The translations under genes were made by a program, and so were the position numbers. From a virus (lineage: Duplodnaviria > Caudoviricetes), in IMG/VR virus record IMGVR_UViG_3300024308_000049, positions 1-36,023 of that record: 36,023 nucleotides of DNA; one strand, written 5' to 3'. Under the pieces are notes generated by a model. The model did no database searches, was not told the DNA's origin, and saw only the letters and a list, made by a program, of their open reading frames with translations. Shown here piece by piece: positions 35,457 through 36,023 of the stretch (its first letter is position 1; the number at the start of each line of letters is the position of its first letter).

Positions 35457-35503
35457 AAAAAAAGGCCCGGTGCCGCGGGGGCATCCCCACGGCACCGGGC
35501 CTT
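35457..35503 (-). terminator. Long-stem intrinsic terminator, minus strand
   Basis: GGCCCGGTGCCGTGGGG-atgc-CCCCGCGGCACCGGGCC-TTTTTTT. Confidence 0.8.
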
Positions 35504-35594
35504 TCTCGCCCGTCCTGGGCAACTACTCTCCCCTACGAGCAATCCCGCCGGAAAACTGCAAAATACCGTTCGTCGGTCTAGTGTCAGAAAGTAC

Positions 35595-35623
35595 TTGCTA
35601 TAAACTCTTAAAGGTTTATATTA
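35595..35623 (+). promoter_or_regulatory. Sigma70-type promoter overlapped by an inverted repeat (Aca-type operator candidate)
   Basis: TTGCTA at 35595 and TATATT at 35617; TATAAAC-N8-GTTTATA at 35599-35620. Confidence 0.7.
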
Positions 35624-35693
35624 ACACCCATGGAAGGCGAACAACGCCAACCACCGCCCCGGCGGCTCCGGGCTTCCTGATAGGAGCAACACC

Positions 35694-35921
35694 ATGGAAC
35701 TGAAGATCAACTCTCGCAAACTGGGCCGCACCATTACTTTCTCGCGCCCTGGCTCCAGCTACATCTTTGCCGACCTGAACGGGAAGTCGGGCACCTTGGG
35801 CTGCCAGATTTGCAGCGGTGGCGGCACCATGGGCTCCACGCTTTCCTATGACGGCGACGACCAAGCGCAGTTTGAGGCCATCTGCCGCCGCTGGTATCGC
35901 GCACACGTGCGCGGTGAGTGA
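35694..35921 (+). CDS. acrIE9: Anti-CRISPR protein AcrIE9-like
   Basis: 75 aa with AGGAG RBS; near-identical to the AcrIE9 sequence as I recall it (INSRKLGRTITFSRPG...FEAICRRWYRAHVRGE); acr-type promoter. Not database-checked. Confidence 0.78.
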   Translation: MELKINSRKLGRTITFSRPGSSYIFADLNGKSGTLGCQICSGGGTMGSTLSYDGDDQAQFEAICRRWYRAHVRGE

Positions 35922-35946
35922 TCACCAGGCCCGGCTCCGGCCGGGC

Positions 35947-35974
35947 TTCTACTGCCGAACAGGCAGCCTCAATC
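35947..35974 (+). ncRNA. Solitary type I-F CRISPR repeat-like unit (candidate Racr)
   Basis: ACTGCC-GAACA-GGCAGC at 35951-35967 reproduces the Cas6f/Csy4 hairpin of GTTCACTGCCGTATAGGCAGCTAAGAAA; intergenic, single copy, in an acr operon. Confidence 0.65.
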
Positions 35975-35992
35975 AACGCAAGGATCAAGACC

Positions 35993-36023
35993 ATGGAACT
36001 TTTCAAAATTCTCGATGCTGTAA
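35993..36023 (+). CDS. Start of the next gene in the putative acr operon (MELFKILDAV..., truncated)
   Basis: AAGGA RBS at 35980; ATG 35993; open to the window end. Confidence 0.55.
   Translation, partial: MELFKILDAV

Larger units (their letters stand above)
1..36023. mobile_element. Temperate lambda-like siphophage (prophage or excised genome), probably Pseudomonas; extends beyond the window
   Basis: Ordered head, tail, packaging, replication, immunity and integration modules. No host housekeeping genes seen. Confidence 0.96.

Noticed and set aside
35461-35503. GTGGGGATG in the hairpin as a type I-E repeat mimic
   Set aside because: Stem order does not match the I-E repeat (TTCCCC...GGGGAT); a long stem plus T-run fits a terminator.
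35630-35680. 16-codon upstream ORF (MEGEQRQPPPRRLRAS)
   Set aside because: Sits at the predicted transcription start with no RBS; cannot be supported as coding.
1-36023. Diversity-generating retroelement, retron or shufflon
   Set aside because: No reverse transcriptase motifs or TR/VR pair seen; the Rci-like recombinase is explained by the adjacent att site and Xis.

Overview
About 36 kb of a GC-rich temperate lambda-like siphophage, most likely of Pseudomonas (pyocin-type holin, PrtN-like and TraR/PtrB-like genes, tRNA-Leu-type att core). From left to right it carries: a minus-strand late operon (tail proteins, tape measure, two morons, tail tube, head-tail genes, E/D capsid proteins, S49 protease with nested scaffold, portal, gpW, gpA/Nu1 terminase, lambda-like cos, holin, terminated late leader, putative Q-like gene); an iteron origin and primase-helicase; cII/cro/cI with TACC-N5-GGTA operators; a long plus-strand early operon; xis/int; an att site with arm repeats on both sides (attP-like); and the start of an apparent anti-CRISPR operon. 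The first notable signal is a dispersed two-motif RNA code. Nine CUCUGAC sites, mostly hairpin loops, and six CACAGCAC boxes always read in the sense of both early transcripts, several at ribosome-binding sites or start codons, and the short terminated late-leader RNA carries the complement (15/15 nt to one site). This suggests an sRNA- or protein-based post-transcriptional immunity circuit. The second notable signal is an AcrIE9-like gene followed by a solitary type I-F CRISPR repeat hairpin (candidate RNA anti-CRISPR) and an unknown gene. All homology calls are from recognition, not searches.
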